64,000 bases of DNA. Origin: the human T2T-CHM13v2.0 reference genome, Homo sapiens. Below are positions 38,730 through 52,900 of the stretch, in pieces. Location: NCBI RefSeq assembly GCF_009914755.1, contig NC_060930.1; one strand, 5' to 3'. A program made the position numbers and the translations under genes. Each line of letters begins with the position of its first letter. Position 1 is the stretch's first letter. Below the pieces are notes generated by a model, which was given only the letters and a program-made list of their open reading frames with translations, had not been told where the DNA came from and did not search any database.

Positions 38730-41280
38730 TGCATTCAACTCACCGAGTGGAACATTCCTCTTGAGAGAGCAGTTTGGAAACACTCTTTCTGTAGAATCAG
38801 CTTGTTTGTATTTGGACCTCCTTGAGGCCTTCGTTGGAAACGGGTTTTCATCTTATAAACCCAGACAGAAGAATTCTCAGAGTCTTCTTTGTGATGTGTG
38901 CTTTCAACTCACCGAGATAAAGATTTCTCTTGATAGAGCAATTTGGAAACACTCTTTTTGTAGAATTTGCAAGGGTACATTGAGAGCGCTTTCAGGCCTA
39001 TGGTAGAAAAGGGAATATCTTTCCATAAAAGGTAGACAGAAGCAATCTCAGAAACTACTTTGTGATGTGTGCATTCAACTCACCGAGTGCAACGTTCCTC
39101 TTGACCGAGCAGTTTGGAAACATTGTTTCTGTAGAATCTGCAAGTGGATATTTGGACCTCTTTGAGGCCTTCGTTGGAAACGGGATTTCTTCCTATAAAC
39201 CCAGACAGAAGAATTCTCAGAGACTTCTTTGTGATGTGTGAATTCAACTCACAGTGTGGATCCTTCCTTTTGATAGAGCAGTTTTGAAACCCTGTTTTTG
39301 TAGTATTTCCAAGCGGATATTTGGAACGCCTTGAAGCGTATGGTAGAAAAGGAAATATCTTCCCATAAAACCTAGACAGAACCAATCTCAGAAACGACTT
39401 TGTGATGTCTGCATTCAAGTCACAGAGTTGAACATTTCTCTTGATAGAGCAGTTTTGAAACCCTCTTTCTGAAGGATCTGCAAGTGGATATTTGGAACTC
39501 CTTTGGGTCTTCGTTGGAAACGGGATTTCTTCGTATAAATCTAGACAGAAGAATTCTCAGAAACTTCCTTGTGATGTGTGCATTCAACTCAGCGAGTGGC
39601 ACCTTCCTTTGGATACAGCAGTTTTGAAACACTGTTTTTGTAGTATTTCCAAGCGGATATTTAGAGCGCCTTGAAGCCTATGCTAGAAATGGAAATATCT
39701 CCCCATAAAACCAAGACGGAAGCAATCTCAGAAACTAATGTGTGATGGCTGCATTCCACACACACGGTGGACCATTTCTCTTGATAGAGCAGTTTTGAAA
39801 CACTCTTTCTGTAGAATCTGCAAGTGGATAATTGGACCTCCGAGAGGCCTTCGTTGGAAACGGGATTTCTTCATCTAAACCTACAGAGAAGTATTCTCAG
39901 TAACTTCTTCGGATGTGTGCATTCGACGCACAGAATGGAACATTCCCTTTGATAGAGCAGTTTTGAGACACCGTTTTTGTAGAATTCCCAAGTGGATATT
40001 TAGAGCACTTTGAAGTCTCTGCTAGAAAAGGAAACATCATCATGTAAAAAGTAGATAGAATCGTTCTCAGAAAGTGCTTAGTGTCGTGTGCGTTCAACTC
40101 ACAGAGTTTAACGTTTCTTTTGATAGAGCGTTTCTGAAACACCCTTCTTGTAGTAGCTGCAAGTGGATATTTGGACCTATTGGAGGCCTTCTTTGGAAAC
40201 GGGATTTCTTCATGTAACTCTAGATTGAAGAATTCTCAGAAACTCCTTTGTGATGTGTGCATTCAATTCAAAGAGTGAAACCTCTCTTTTCACAGAGCAG
40301 TTTTGAAACACTGTTTTTGTAGGATTTCCAAGGGGATATTTATAGCGCATTGAGCCTACGGCGGAAAAAGAAACATCTTCCTATAAAAACTAGACAGAAT
40401 ACTTCTCAGAATCTGCTTTGCGATGTGTGCGTTCAACTCACAGAGTAAAACTTTTCTTTTGATAGAGCAGTTTTGAAACACTCTTTTTGTAGTATTTGCA
40501 TGTGTATATTTAGAGCGCATTGAAGCCCACAGTAGAAAAGGAAATAACTTCACCTAAAACCTAGACAGAAGCAATCTCAGAAACTACTTTGTGATGTGTA
40601 CATTCAACTCACAGAGTGGAACTTTCCTCTTTATAGAGCAGTGTTGAAACACTCTTTTTGTAGAAACTGCAAGTGGATATTTGGACCTCTTTGAGGCCTT
40701 CGTTGGAAACGGGATTTCTTCCTATAACCCTAGACAGAAGAATTTTCAGAAACCTCATTGTGATGTGTGCGTTCATCTCACAGAGTGGAGTCTTCCGTTT
40801 GATAGAGAAGTTTTGAAACCCTGTTCTTGTAGGATTTCCAAGTGGATATTTAGACCACTTTGAAGCCTATGATAGAAAAGGAAACATCTTCATGGAAAAC
40901 ATAGATAGAATCATCCTCAGAAACAACTTTGTGATGTGTGCGTTGAACTCACCGTCTTTAACCTTTCTTTTGGTAGAGAAGTTTTGAAACACTCTCTTTG
41001 TAAAGTCTACAAGTGGATATTTTGAGCCCTTGGAGGCATTCTTTGGAAAAGGGAATGTCTTCACATAAAAGGCAGACGGAAGTGTTCTCAGAAACTGCTT
41101 TGTGATGTCTGTGTTCAACTCACAGAGTTTAACATTTCCTTTGATAGAGCGGTTTAGTAACCCTCTCTTTGTAGAATTTGGAAGTGTATACTAAGAGCGC
41201 TTTGAGGCCTATGGTAGAAAAGGAAATATCTTTCCATAAAAGCTAGACAGAAGCAATCTCAGAAACTCCTCTGTGATGTC
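38730..41280 (+). repeat. 15-mer HOR structural variant (U14, 2,551 bp)
   Basis: Same junction at 39538-39558. Ends with the same ctcctctgtgatg variant as U7. Confidence 0.96.
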
Positions 41281-44200
41281 TGCATTCAACTCACCGAGTG
41301 GAACATTCCTCTTGATAGAGCAGTTTGGAAACACTCTTTCTGTAGAATCAGCTTGTTTGTATTTGGACCTCCTTGAGGCCTTCGTTGGAAACGGGTTTTC
41401 ATCTTATAAACCCAGACAGAAGAATTCTCAGAGTCTTCTTTGTGATGTGTGCTTTCAACTCACCGAGATAAAGATTTCTCTTGATAGAGCAATTTGGAAA
41501 CACTCTTTTTGTAGAATTTGCAAGGGTACATTGAGAGCGCTTTCAGGCCTATGGTAGAAAAGGGAATATCTTTCCATAAAAGGTAGACAGAAGCAATCTC
41601 AGAAACTACTTTGTGATGTGTGCATTCAACTCACCGAGTGCAACGTTCCTCTTGACCGAGCAGTTTGGAAACATTGTTTCTGTAGAATCTGCAAGTGGAT
41701 ATTTGGACCTCTTTGAGGCCTTCGTTGGAAACGGGATTTCTTCCTATAAACCCAGACAGAAGAATTCTCAGAGACTTCTTTGTGATGTGTGAATTCAACT
41801 CACAGTGTGGATCCTTCCTTTTGATAGAGCAGTTTTGAAACCCTGTTTTTGTAGTATTTCCAAGCGGATATTCGGAACGCCTTGAAGCGTATGGTAGAAA
41901 AGGAAATATCTTCCCATAAAACCTAGACAGAACCAATCTCAGAAACGACTTTGTGATGTCTGCATTCAAGTCACAGAGTTGAACATTTCTCTTGATAGAG
42001 CAGTTTTGAAACCCTCTTTCTGAAGGATCTGCAAGTGGATATTTGGAACTCCTTTGGGTCTTCGTTGGAAACGGGATTTCTTCGTATAAATCTAGACAGA
42101 AGAATTCTCCGAAACTTCTTTGGTTGTGTGCATTCAAGTCACAGAGTGGAACCTTCCTTTGGATAGAGCAGTTTGAAACGCCGTGGTTGTAGTATTTCCA
42201 AGCGGATATTAGAGCGCCTTGAGGCCTATGGTAGAAAAGGAAATATCTTCCCATAAAACCTAGACGGAAGCAATCTCAGAAACTACTGTGTGATGGCTGC
42301 ATTCCACACACACGGTGGAACATTTCTCTTGATAGAGCAGTTTTGAAACACTCTTTCTGTAGAATCTGCAAGTGGATAATTGGACCGCCTTGAGGCCTTC
42401 GTTGGAAACGGGATTTCTTCATGTTACTCTAGATAGAAGAATTCTCAAACACTGCTATGTGATGTTTGCATTCAAGTCACAGAGTGCAACATTCCTCTTG
42501 GTAGAGCAGTTGGGAAACACTCCTTTTGTAGAATCTGCAATGGGATATTTGGACTTCTTTGAGGCCTTCGTTGGAAACGGGATTTCTTCGTATGAATCTA
42601 GACAGAAGAATTCTCAGAAACTTCCTTGTGATGTGTGCATTCAACTCAGCGAGTGGCACCTTCCTTTGGATACAGCAGTTTTGAAACACTGTTTTTGTAG
42701 TATTTCCAAGCGGATATTTAGAGCGCCTTGAAGCCTATGCTAGAAATGGAAATATCTCCCCATAAAACCAAGACAGAAGCAATCTCAGAAACTAATGTGA
42801 GATGGCTGCATTCCACACACACGGTGGACCATTTCTCTTGATAGAGCAGTTTTGAAACACTCTTTCTGTAGAATCTGCAAGTGGATAATTGGACCTCCTA
42901 GAGGCCTTCGTTGGAAACGGGATTTCTTCATCTAAACCTACAGAGAAGAATTCTCAGTAACTTCTTCGGATGTGTGCATTCGACGCACAGAATGGAACAT
43001 TCCCTTTGATAGAGCAGTTTTGAGACACCGTTTTTGTAGAATTCCCAAGTGGATATTTAGAGCACTTTGAAGTCTCTGCTAGAAAAGGAAACATCTTCAT
43101 GTAAAAAGTAGATAGAATCGTTCTCAGAAAGTGCTTAGTGACGTGTGCGTTCAACTCACAGAGTTTAACGTTTCTTTTGATAGAGCGTTTCTGAAACACC
43201 CTTCTTGTAGTAGCTGCAAGTGGATATTTGGACCTATTGGAGGCCTTCTTTGGAAATGGGATTTCTTCATGTAACTCTAGATTGAAGAGTTCTCAGAAAC
43301 TCCTTTGTGATGTGTGCATTCAATTCAAAGAGTGAAACCTCCCTTTTCACAGAGCAGTTTTGAAACACTGTTTTTGTAGGATTTCCAAGGGGATATTTAT
43401 AGCGCATTGAGCCTACGGCGGAAAAAGAAACATCTTCCTATAAAAACTAGACAGAATACTTCTCAGAATCTGCTTTGCGATGTGTGCGTTCAACTCACAG
43501 AGTAAAACTTTTCTTTTGATAGAGCAGTTTTGAAACACTCTTTTTGTAGTATTTGCATGTGTATATTTAGAGCGCATTGAAGCCCACAGTAGAAAAGGAA
43601 ATAACTTCACCTAAAACCTAGACAGAAGCAATCTCAGAAACTACTTTGTGATGTGTACATTCAACTCACAGAGTGGAACTTTCCTCTTTATAGAGCAGTG
43701 TTGAAACACTCTTTTTGTAGAAACTGCAAGTGGATATTTGGACCTCTTTGAGGCCTTCGTTGGAAACGGGATTTCTTCCTATAACCCTAGACAGAAGAAT
43801 TTTCAGAAACCTCATTGTGATGTGTGCGTTCATCTCACAGAGTGGAGTCTTCCGTTTGATAGAGAAGTTTTGAAACCCTGTTCTTGTAGGATTTCCAAGT
43901 GGATATTTAGACCACTTTGAAGCCTATGATAGAAAAGGAAACATCTTCATGGAAAACATAGATAGAATCATCCTCAGAAACAACTTTGTGATGTGTGCGT
44001 TGAACTCACCGTCTTTAACCTTTCTTTTGGTAGAGAAGTTTTGAAACACTCTCTTTGTAAAGTCTACAAGTGGATATTTTGAGCCCTTGGAGGCATTCTT
44101 TGGAAAAGGGAATGTCTTCACATAAAAGGCAGACGGAAGTGTTCTCAGAAACTGCTTTGTGATGTCTGTGTTCAACTCACAGAGTTTAACATTTCCTTTG

Positions 44201-47200
44201 ATAGAGCGGTTTAGTAACCCTCTCTTTGTAGAATTTGGAAGTGTATACTAAGAGCGCTTTGAGGCCTATGGTAGAAAAGGAAATATCTTTCCATAAAAGC
44301 TAGACAGAAGCAATCTCAGAAACTCCTTTGCGATGTCTGCATTCAACTCACCGAGTGGAACATTCCTCTTGAGAGAGCAGTTTGGAAACACTCTTTCTGT
44401 AGAATCAGCTTGTTTGTATTTGGACCTCCTTGAGGCCTTCGTTGGAAACGGGTTTTCATCTTATAAACCCAGACAGAAGAATTCTCAGAGTCTTCTTTGT
44501 GATGTGTGCTTTCAACTCACCGAGATAAAGATTTCTCTTGATAGAGCAATTTGGAAACACTCTTTTTGTAGAATTTGCAAGGGTACATTGAGAGCGCTTT
44601 CAGGCCTATGGTAGAAAAGGGAATATCTTTCCATAAAAGGTAGACAGAAGCAATCTCAGAAACTACTTTGTGATGTGTGCATTCAACTCACCGAGTGCAA
44701 CGTTCCTCTTGACCGAGCAGTTTGGAAACATTGTTTCTGTAGAATCTGCAAGTGGATATTTGGACCTCTTTGAGGCCTTCGTTGGAAACGGGATTTCTTC
44801 CTATAAACCCAGACAGAAGAATTCTCAGAGACTTCTTTGTGATGTGTGAATTCAACTCACAGTGTGGATCCTTCCTTTTGATAGAGCAGTTTTGAAACCC
44901 TGTTTTTGTAGTATTTCCAAGCGGATATTCGGAACGCCTTGAAGCGTATGGTAGAAAAGGAAATATCTTCCCATAAAACCTAGACAGAACCAATCTCAGA
45001 AACGACTTTGTGATGTCTGCATTCAAGTCACAGAGTTGAACATTTCTCTTGATAGAGCAGTTTTGAAACCCTCTTTCTGAAGGATCTGCAAGTGGATATT
45101 TGGAACTCCTTTGGGTCTTCGTTGGAAACGGGATTTCTTCGTATAAATCTAGACAGAAGAATTCTCCGAAACTTCTTTGGTTGTGTGCATTCAAGTCACA
45201 GAGTGGAACCTTCCTTTGGATAGAGCAGTTTGAAACGCCGTGGTTGTAGTATTTCCAAGCGGATATTAGAGCGCCTTGAGGCCTATGGTAGAAAAGGAAA
45301 TATCTTCCCATAAAACCTAGACGGAAGCAATCTCAGAAACTACTGTGTGATGGCTGCATTCCACACACACGGTGGAACATTTCTCTTGATAGAGCAGTTT
45401 TGAAACACTCTTTCTGTAGAATCTGCAAGTGGATAATTGGACCGCCTTGAGGCCTTCGTTGGAAACGGGATTTCTTCATGTTACTCTAGATAGAAGAATT
45501 CTCAAACACTGCTATGTGATGTTTGCATTCAAGTCACAGAGTGCAACATTCCTCTTGGTAGAGCAGTTGGGAAACACTCCTTTTGTAGAATCTGCAATGG
45601 GATATTTGGACTTCTTTGAGGCCTTCGTTGGAAACGGGATTTCTTCGTATGAATCTAGACAGAAGAATTCTCAGAAACTTCCTTGTGATGTGTGCATTCA
45701 ACTCAGCGAGTGGCACCTTCCTTTGGATACAGCAGTTTTGAAACACTGTTTTTGTAGTATTTCCAAGCGGATATTTAGAGCGCCTTGAAGCCTATGCTAG
45801 AAATGGAAATATCTCCCCATAAAACCAAGACAGAAGCAATCTCAGAAACTAATGTGTGATGGCTGCATTCCACACACACGGTGGACCATTTCTCTTGATA
45901 GAGCAGTTTTGAAACACTCTTTCTGTAGAATCTGCAAGTGGATAATTGGACCTCCTAGAGGCCTTCGTTGGAAACGGGATTTCTTCATCTAAACCTACAG
46001 AGAAGAATTCTCAGTAACTTCTTCGGATGTGTGCATTCGACGCACAGAATGGAACATTCCCTTTGATAGAGCAGTTTTGAGACACCGTTTTTGTAGAATT
46101 CCCAAGTGGATATTTAGAGCACTTTGAAGTCTCTGCTAGAAAAGGAAACATCTTCATGTAAAAAGTAGATAGAATCGTTCTCAGAAAGTGCTTAGTGACG
46201 TGTGCGTTCAACTCACAGAGTTTAACGTTTCTTTTGATAGAGCGTTTCTGAAACACCCTTCTTGTAGTAGCTGCAAGTGGATATTTGGACCTATTGGAGG
46301 CCTTCTTTGGAAATGGGATTTCTTCATGTAACTCTAGATTGAAGAGTTCTCAGAAACTCCTTTGTGATGTGTGCATTCAATTCAAAGAGTGAAACCTCCC
46401 TTTTCACAGAGCAGTTTTGAAACACTGTTTTTGTAGGATTTCCAAGGGGATATTTATAGCGCATTGAGCCTACGGCGGAAAAAGAAACATCTTCCTATAA
46501 AAACTAGACAGAATACTTCTCAGAATCTGCTTTGCGATGTGTGCGTTCAACTCACAGAGTAAAACTTTTCTTTTGATAGAGCAGTTTTGAAACACTCTTT
46601 TTGTAGTATTTGCATGTGTATATTTAGAGCGCATTGAAGCCCACAGTAGAAAAGGAAATAACTTCACCTAAAACCTAGACAGAAGCAATCTCAGAAACTA
46701 CTTTGTGATGTGTACATTCAACTCACAGAGTGGAACTTTCCTCTTTATAGAGCAGTGTTGAAACACTCTTTTTGTAGAAACTGCAAGTGGATATTTGGAC
46801 CTCTTTGAGGCCTTCGTTGGAAACGGGATTTCTTCCTATAACCCTAGACAGAAGAATTTTCAGAAACCTCATTGTGATGTGTGCGTTCATCTCACAGAGT
46901 GGAGTCTTCCGTTTGATAGAGAAGTTTTGAAACCCTGTTCTTGTAGGATTTCCAAGTGGATATTTAGACCACTTTGAAGCCTATGATAGAAAAGGAAACA
47001 TCTTCATGGAAAACATAGATAGAATCATCCTCAGAAACAACTTTGTGATGTGTGCGTTGAACTCACCGTCTTTAACCTTTCTTTTGGTAGAGAAGTTTTG
47101 AAACACTCTCTTTGTAAAGTCTACAAGTGGATATTTTGAGCCCTTGGAGGCATTCTTTGGAAAAGGGAATGTCTTCACATAAAAGGCAGACGGAAGTGTT

Positions 47201-47394
47201 CTCAGAAACTGCTTTGTGATGTCTGTGTTCAACTCACAGAGTTTAACATTTCCTTTGATAGAGCGGTTTAGTAACCCTCTCTTTGTAGAATTTGGAAGTG
47301 TATACTAAGAGCGCTTTGAGGCCTATGGTAGAAAAGGAAATATCTTTCCATAAAAGCTAGACAGAAGCAATCTCAGAAACTCCTTTGCGATGTC
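41281..47394 (+). repeat. Two 18-mer HOR copies (U15-U16; starts 41281, 44338)
   Basis: 3,057-bp spacing. Confidence 0.96.
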
Positions 47395-49945
47395 TGCATT
47401 CAACTCACCGAGTGGAACATTCCTCTTGAGAGAGCAGTTTGGAAACACTCTTTCTGTAGAATCAGCTTGTTTGTATTTGGACCTCCTTGAGGCCTTCGTT
47501 GGAAACGGGTTTTCATCTTATAAACCCAGACAGAAGAATTCTCAGAGTCTTCTTTGTGATGTGTGCTTTCAACTCACCGAGATAAAGATTTCTCTTGATA
47601 GAGCAATTTGGAAACACTCTTTTTGTAGAATTTGCAAGGGTACATTGAGAGCGCTTTCAGGCCTATGGTAGAAAAGGGAATATCTTTCCATAAAAGGTAG
47701 ACAGAAGCAATCTCAGAAACTACTTTGTGATGTGTGCATTCAACTCACCGAGTGCAACGTTCCTCTTGACCGAGCAGTTTGGAAACATTGTTTCTGTAGA
47801 ATCTGCAAGTGGATATTTGGACCTCTTTGAGGCCTTCGTTGGAAACGGGATTTCTTCCTATAAACCCAGACAGAAGAATTCTCAGAGACTTCTTTGTGAT
47901 GTGTGAATTCAACTCACAGTGTGGATCCTTCCTTTTGATAGAGCAGTTTTGAAACCCTGTTTTTGTAGTATTTCCAAGCGGATATTTGGAACGCCTTGAA
48001 GCGTATGGTAGAAAAGGAAATATCTTCCCATAAAACCTAGACAGAACCAATCTCAGAAACGACTTTGTGATGTCTGCATTCAAGTCACAGAGTTGAACAT
48101 TTCTCTTGATAGAGCAGTTTTGAAACCCTCTTTCTGAAGGATCTGCAAGTGGATATTTGGAACTCCTTTGGGTCTTCGTTGGAAACGGGATTTCTTCGTA
48201 TAAATCTAGACAGAAGAATTCTCAGAAACTTCCTTGTGATGTGTGCATTCAACTCAGCGAGTGGCACCTTCCTTTGGATACAGCAGTTTTGAAACACTGT
48301 TTTTGTAGTATTTCCAAGCGGATATTTAGAGCGCCTTGAAGCCTATGCTAGAAATGGAAATATCTCCCCATAAAACCAAGACGGAAGCAATCTCAGAAAC
48401 TAATGTGTGATGGCTGCATTCCACACACACGGTGGACCATTTCTCTTGATAGAGCAGTTTTGAAACACTCTTTCTGTAGAATCTGCAAGTGGATAATTGG
48501 ACCTCCGAGAGGCCTTCGTTGGAAACGGGATTTCTTCATCTAAACCTACAGAGAAGTATTCTCAGTAACTTCTTCGGATGTGTGCATTCGACGCACAGAA
48601 TGGAACATTCCCTTTGATAGAGCAGTTTTGAGACACCGTTTTTGTAGAATTCCCAAGTGGATATTTAGAGCACTTTGAAGTCTCTGCTAGAAAAGGAAAC
48701 ATCATCATGTAAAAAGTAGATAGAATCGTTCTCAGAAAGTGCTTAGTGTCGTGTGCGTTCAACTCACAGAGTTTAACGTTTCTTTTGATAGAGCGTTTCT
48801 GAAACACCCTTCTTGTAGTAGCTGCAAGTGGATATTTGGACCTATTGGAGGCCTTCTTTGGAAACGGGATTTCTTCATGTAACTCTAGATTGAAGAATTC
48901 TCAGAAACTCCTTTGTGATGTGTGCATTCAATTCAAAGAGTGAAACCTCTCTTTTCACAGAGCAGTTTTGAAACACTGTTTTTGTAGGATTTCCAAGGGG
49001 ATATTTATAGCGCATTGAGCCTACGGCGGAAAAAGAAACATCTTCCTATAAAAACTAGACAGAATACTTCTCAGAATCTGCTTTGCGATGTGTGCGTTCA
49101 ACTCACAGAGTAAAACTTTTCTTTTGATAGAGCAGTTTTGAAACACTCTTTTTGTAGTATTTGCATGTGTATATTTAGAGCGCATTGAAGCCCACAGTAG
49201 AAAAGGAAATAACTTCACCTAAAACCTAGACAGAAGCAATCTCAGAAACTACTTTGTGATGTGTACATTCAACTCACAGAGTGGAACTTTCCTCTTTATA
49301 GAGCAGTGTTGAAACACTCTTTTTGTAGAAACTGCAAGTGGATATTTGGACCTCTTTGAGGCCTTCGTTGGAAACGGGATTTCTTCCTATAACCCTAGAC
49401 AGAAGAATTTTCAGAAACCTCATTGTGATGTGTGCGTTCATCTCACAGAGTGGAGTCTTCCGTTTGATAGAGAAGTTTTGAAACCCTGTTCTTGTAGGAT
49501 TTCCAAGTGGATATTTAGACCACTTTGAAGCCTATGATAGAAAAGGAAACATCTTCATGGAAAACATAGATAGAATCATCCTCAGAAACAACTTTGTGAT
49601 GTGTGCGTTGAACTCACCGTCTTTAACCTTTCTTTTGGTAGAGAAGTTTTGAAACACTCTCTTTGTAAAGTCTACAAGTGGATATTTTGAGCCCTTGGAG
49701 GCATTCTTTGGAAAAGGGAATGTCTTCACATAAAAGGCAGACGGAAGTGTTCTCAGAAACTGCTTTGTGATGTCTGTGTTCAACTCACAGAGTTTAACAT
49801 TTCCTTTGATAGAGCGGTTTAGTAACCCTCTCTTTGTAGAATTTGGAAGTGTATACTAAGAGCGCTTTGAGGCCTATGGTAGAAAAGGAAATATCTTTCC
49901 ATAAAAGCTAGACAGAAGCAATCTCAGAAACTCCTTTGCGATGTC
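47395..49945 (+). repeat. 15-mer HOR structural variant (U17, 2,551 bp)
   Basis: Same junction at 48203-48223, with the same linked SNPs. Confidence 0.96.
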
Positions 49946-52900
49946 TGCATTCAACTCACCGAGTGGAACATTCCTCTTGAGAGAGCAGTTTGGAAACACT
50001 CTTTCTGTAGAATCAGCTTGTTTGTATTTGGACCTCCTTGAGGCCTTCGTTGGAAACGGGTTTTCATCTTATAAACCCAGACAGAAGAATTCTCAGAGTC
50101 TTCTTTGTGATGTGTGCTTTCAACTCACCGAGATAAAGATTTCTCTTGATAGAGCAATTTGGAAACACTCTTTTTGTAGAATTTGCAAGGGTACATTGAG
50201 AGCGCTTTCAGGCCTATGGTAGAAAAGGGAATATCTTTCCATAAAAGGTAGACAGAAGCAATCTCAGAAACTACTTTGTGATGTGTGCATTCAACTCACC
50301 GAGTGCAACGTTCCTCTTGACCGAGCAGTTTGGAAACATTGTTTCTGTAGAATCTGCAAGTGGATATTTGGACCTCTTTGAGGCCTTCGTTGGAAACGGG
50401 ATTTCTTCCTATAAACCCAGACAGAAGAATTCTCAGAGACTTCTTTGTGATGTGTGAATTCAACTCACAGTGTGGATCCTTCCTTTTGATAGAGCAGTTT
50501 TGAAACCCTGTTTTTGTAGTATTTCCAAGCGGATATTCGGAACGCCTTGAAGCGTATGGTAGAAAAGGAAATATCTTCCCATAAAACCTAGACAGAACCA
50601 ATCTCAGAAACGACTTTGTGATGTCTGCATTCAAGTCACAGAGTTGAACATTTCTCTTGATAGAGCAGTTTTGAAACCCTCTTTCTGAAGGATCTGCAAG
50701 TGGATATTTGGAACTCCTTTGGGTCTTCGTTGGAAACGGGATTTCTTCGTATAAATCTAGACAGAAGAATTCTCCGAAACTTCTTTGGTTGTGTGCATTC
50801 AAGTCACAGAGTGGAACCTTCCTTTGGATAGAGCAGTTTGAAACGCCGTGGTTGTAGTATTTCCAAGCGGATATTAGAGCGCCTTGAGGCCTATGGTAGA
50901 AAAGGAAATATCTTCCCATAAAACCTAGACGGAAGCAATCTCAGAAACTACTGTGTGATGGCTGCATTCCACACACACGGTGGAACATTTCTCTTGATAG
51001 AGCAGTTTTGAAACACTCTTTCTGTAGAATCTGCAAGTGGATAATTGGACCGCCTTGAGGCCTTCGTTGGAAACGGGATTTCTTCATGTTACTCTAGATA
51101 GAAGAATTCTCAAACACTGCTATGTGATGTTTGCATTCAAGTCACAGAGTGCAACATTCCTCTTGGTAGAGCAGTTGGGAAACACTCCTTTTGTAGAATC
51201 TGCAATGGGATATTTGGACTTCTTTGAGGCCTTCGTTGGAAACGGGATTTCTTCGTATGAATCTAGACAGAAGAATTCTCAGAAACTTCCTTGTGATGTG
51301 TGCATTCAACTCAGCGAGTGGCACCTTCCTTTGGATACAGCAGTTTTGAAACACTGTTTTTGTAGTATTTCCAAGCGGATATTTAGAGCGCCTTGAAGCC
51401 TATGCTAGAAATGGAAATATCTCCCCATAAAACCAAGACAGAAGCAATCTCAGAAACTAATGTGTGATGGCTGCATTCCACACACACGGTGGACCATTTC
51501 TCTTGATAGAGCAGTTTTGAAACACTCTTTCTGTAGAATCTGCAAGTGGATAATTGGACCTCCTAGAGGCCTTCGTTGGAAACGGGATTTCTTCATCTAA
51601 ACCTACAGAGAAGAATTCTCAGTAACTTCTTCGGATGTGTGCATTCGACGCACAGAATGGAACATTCCCTTTGATAGAGCAGTTTTGAGACACCGTTTTT
51701 GTAGAATTCCCAAGTGGATATTTAGAGCACTTTGAAGTCTCTGCTAGAAAAGGAAACATCTTCATGTAAAAAGTAGATAGAATCGTTCTCAGAAAGTGCT
51801 TAGTGACGTGTGCGTTCAACTCACAGAGTTTAACGTTTCTTTTGATAGAGCGTTTCTGAAACACCCTTCTTGTAGTAGCTGCAAGTGGATATTTGGACCT
51901 ATTGGAGGCCTTCTTTGGAAATGGGATTTCTTCATGTAACTCTAGATTGAAGAGTTCTCAGAAACTCCTTTGTGATGTGTGCATTCAATTCAAAGAGTGA
52001 AACCTCCCTTTTCACAGAGCAGTTTTGAAACACTGTTTTTGTAGGATTTCCAAGGGGATATTTATAGCGCATTGAGCCTACGGCGGAAAAAGAAACATCT
52101 TCCTATAAAAACTAGACAGAATACTTCTCAGAATCTGCTTTGCGATGTGTGCGTTCAACTCACAGAGTAAAACTTTTCTTTTGATAGAGCAGTTTTGAAA
52201 CACTCTTTTTGTAGTATTTGCATGTGTATATTTAGAGCGCATTGAAGCCCACAGTAGAAAAGGAAATAACTTCACCTAAAACCTAGACAGAAGCAATCTC
52301 AGAAACTACTTTGTGATGTGTACATTCAACTCACAGAGTGGAACTTTCCTCTTTATAGAGCAGTGTTGAAACACTCTTTTTGTAGAAACTGCAAGTGGAT
52401 ATTTGGACCTCTTTGAGGCCTTCGTTGGAAACGGGATTTCTTCCTATAACCCTAGACAGAAGAATTTTCAGAAACCTCATTGTGATGTGTGCGTTCATCT
52501 CACAGAGTGGAGTCTTCCGTTTGATAGAGAAGTTTTGAAACCCTGTTCTTGTAGGATTTCCAAGTGGATATTTAGACCACTTTGAAGCCTATGATAGAAA
52601 AGGAAACATCTTCATGGAAAACATAGATAGAATCATCCTCAGAAACAACTTTGTGATGTGTGCGTTGAACTCACCGTCTTTAACCTTTCTTTTGGTAGAG
52701 AAGTTTTGAAACACTCTCTTTGTAAAGTCTACAAGTGGATATTTTGAGCCCTTGGAGGCATTCTTTGGAAAAGGGAATGTCTTCACATAAAAGGCAGACG
52801 GAAGTGTTCTCAGAAACTGCTTTGTGATGTCTGTGTTCAACTCACAGAGTTTAACATTTCCTTTGATAGAGCGGTTTAGTAACCCTCTCTTTGTAGAATT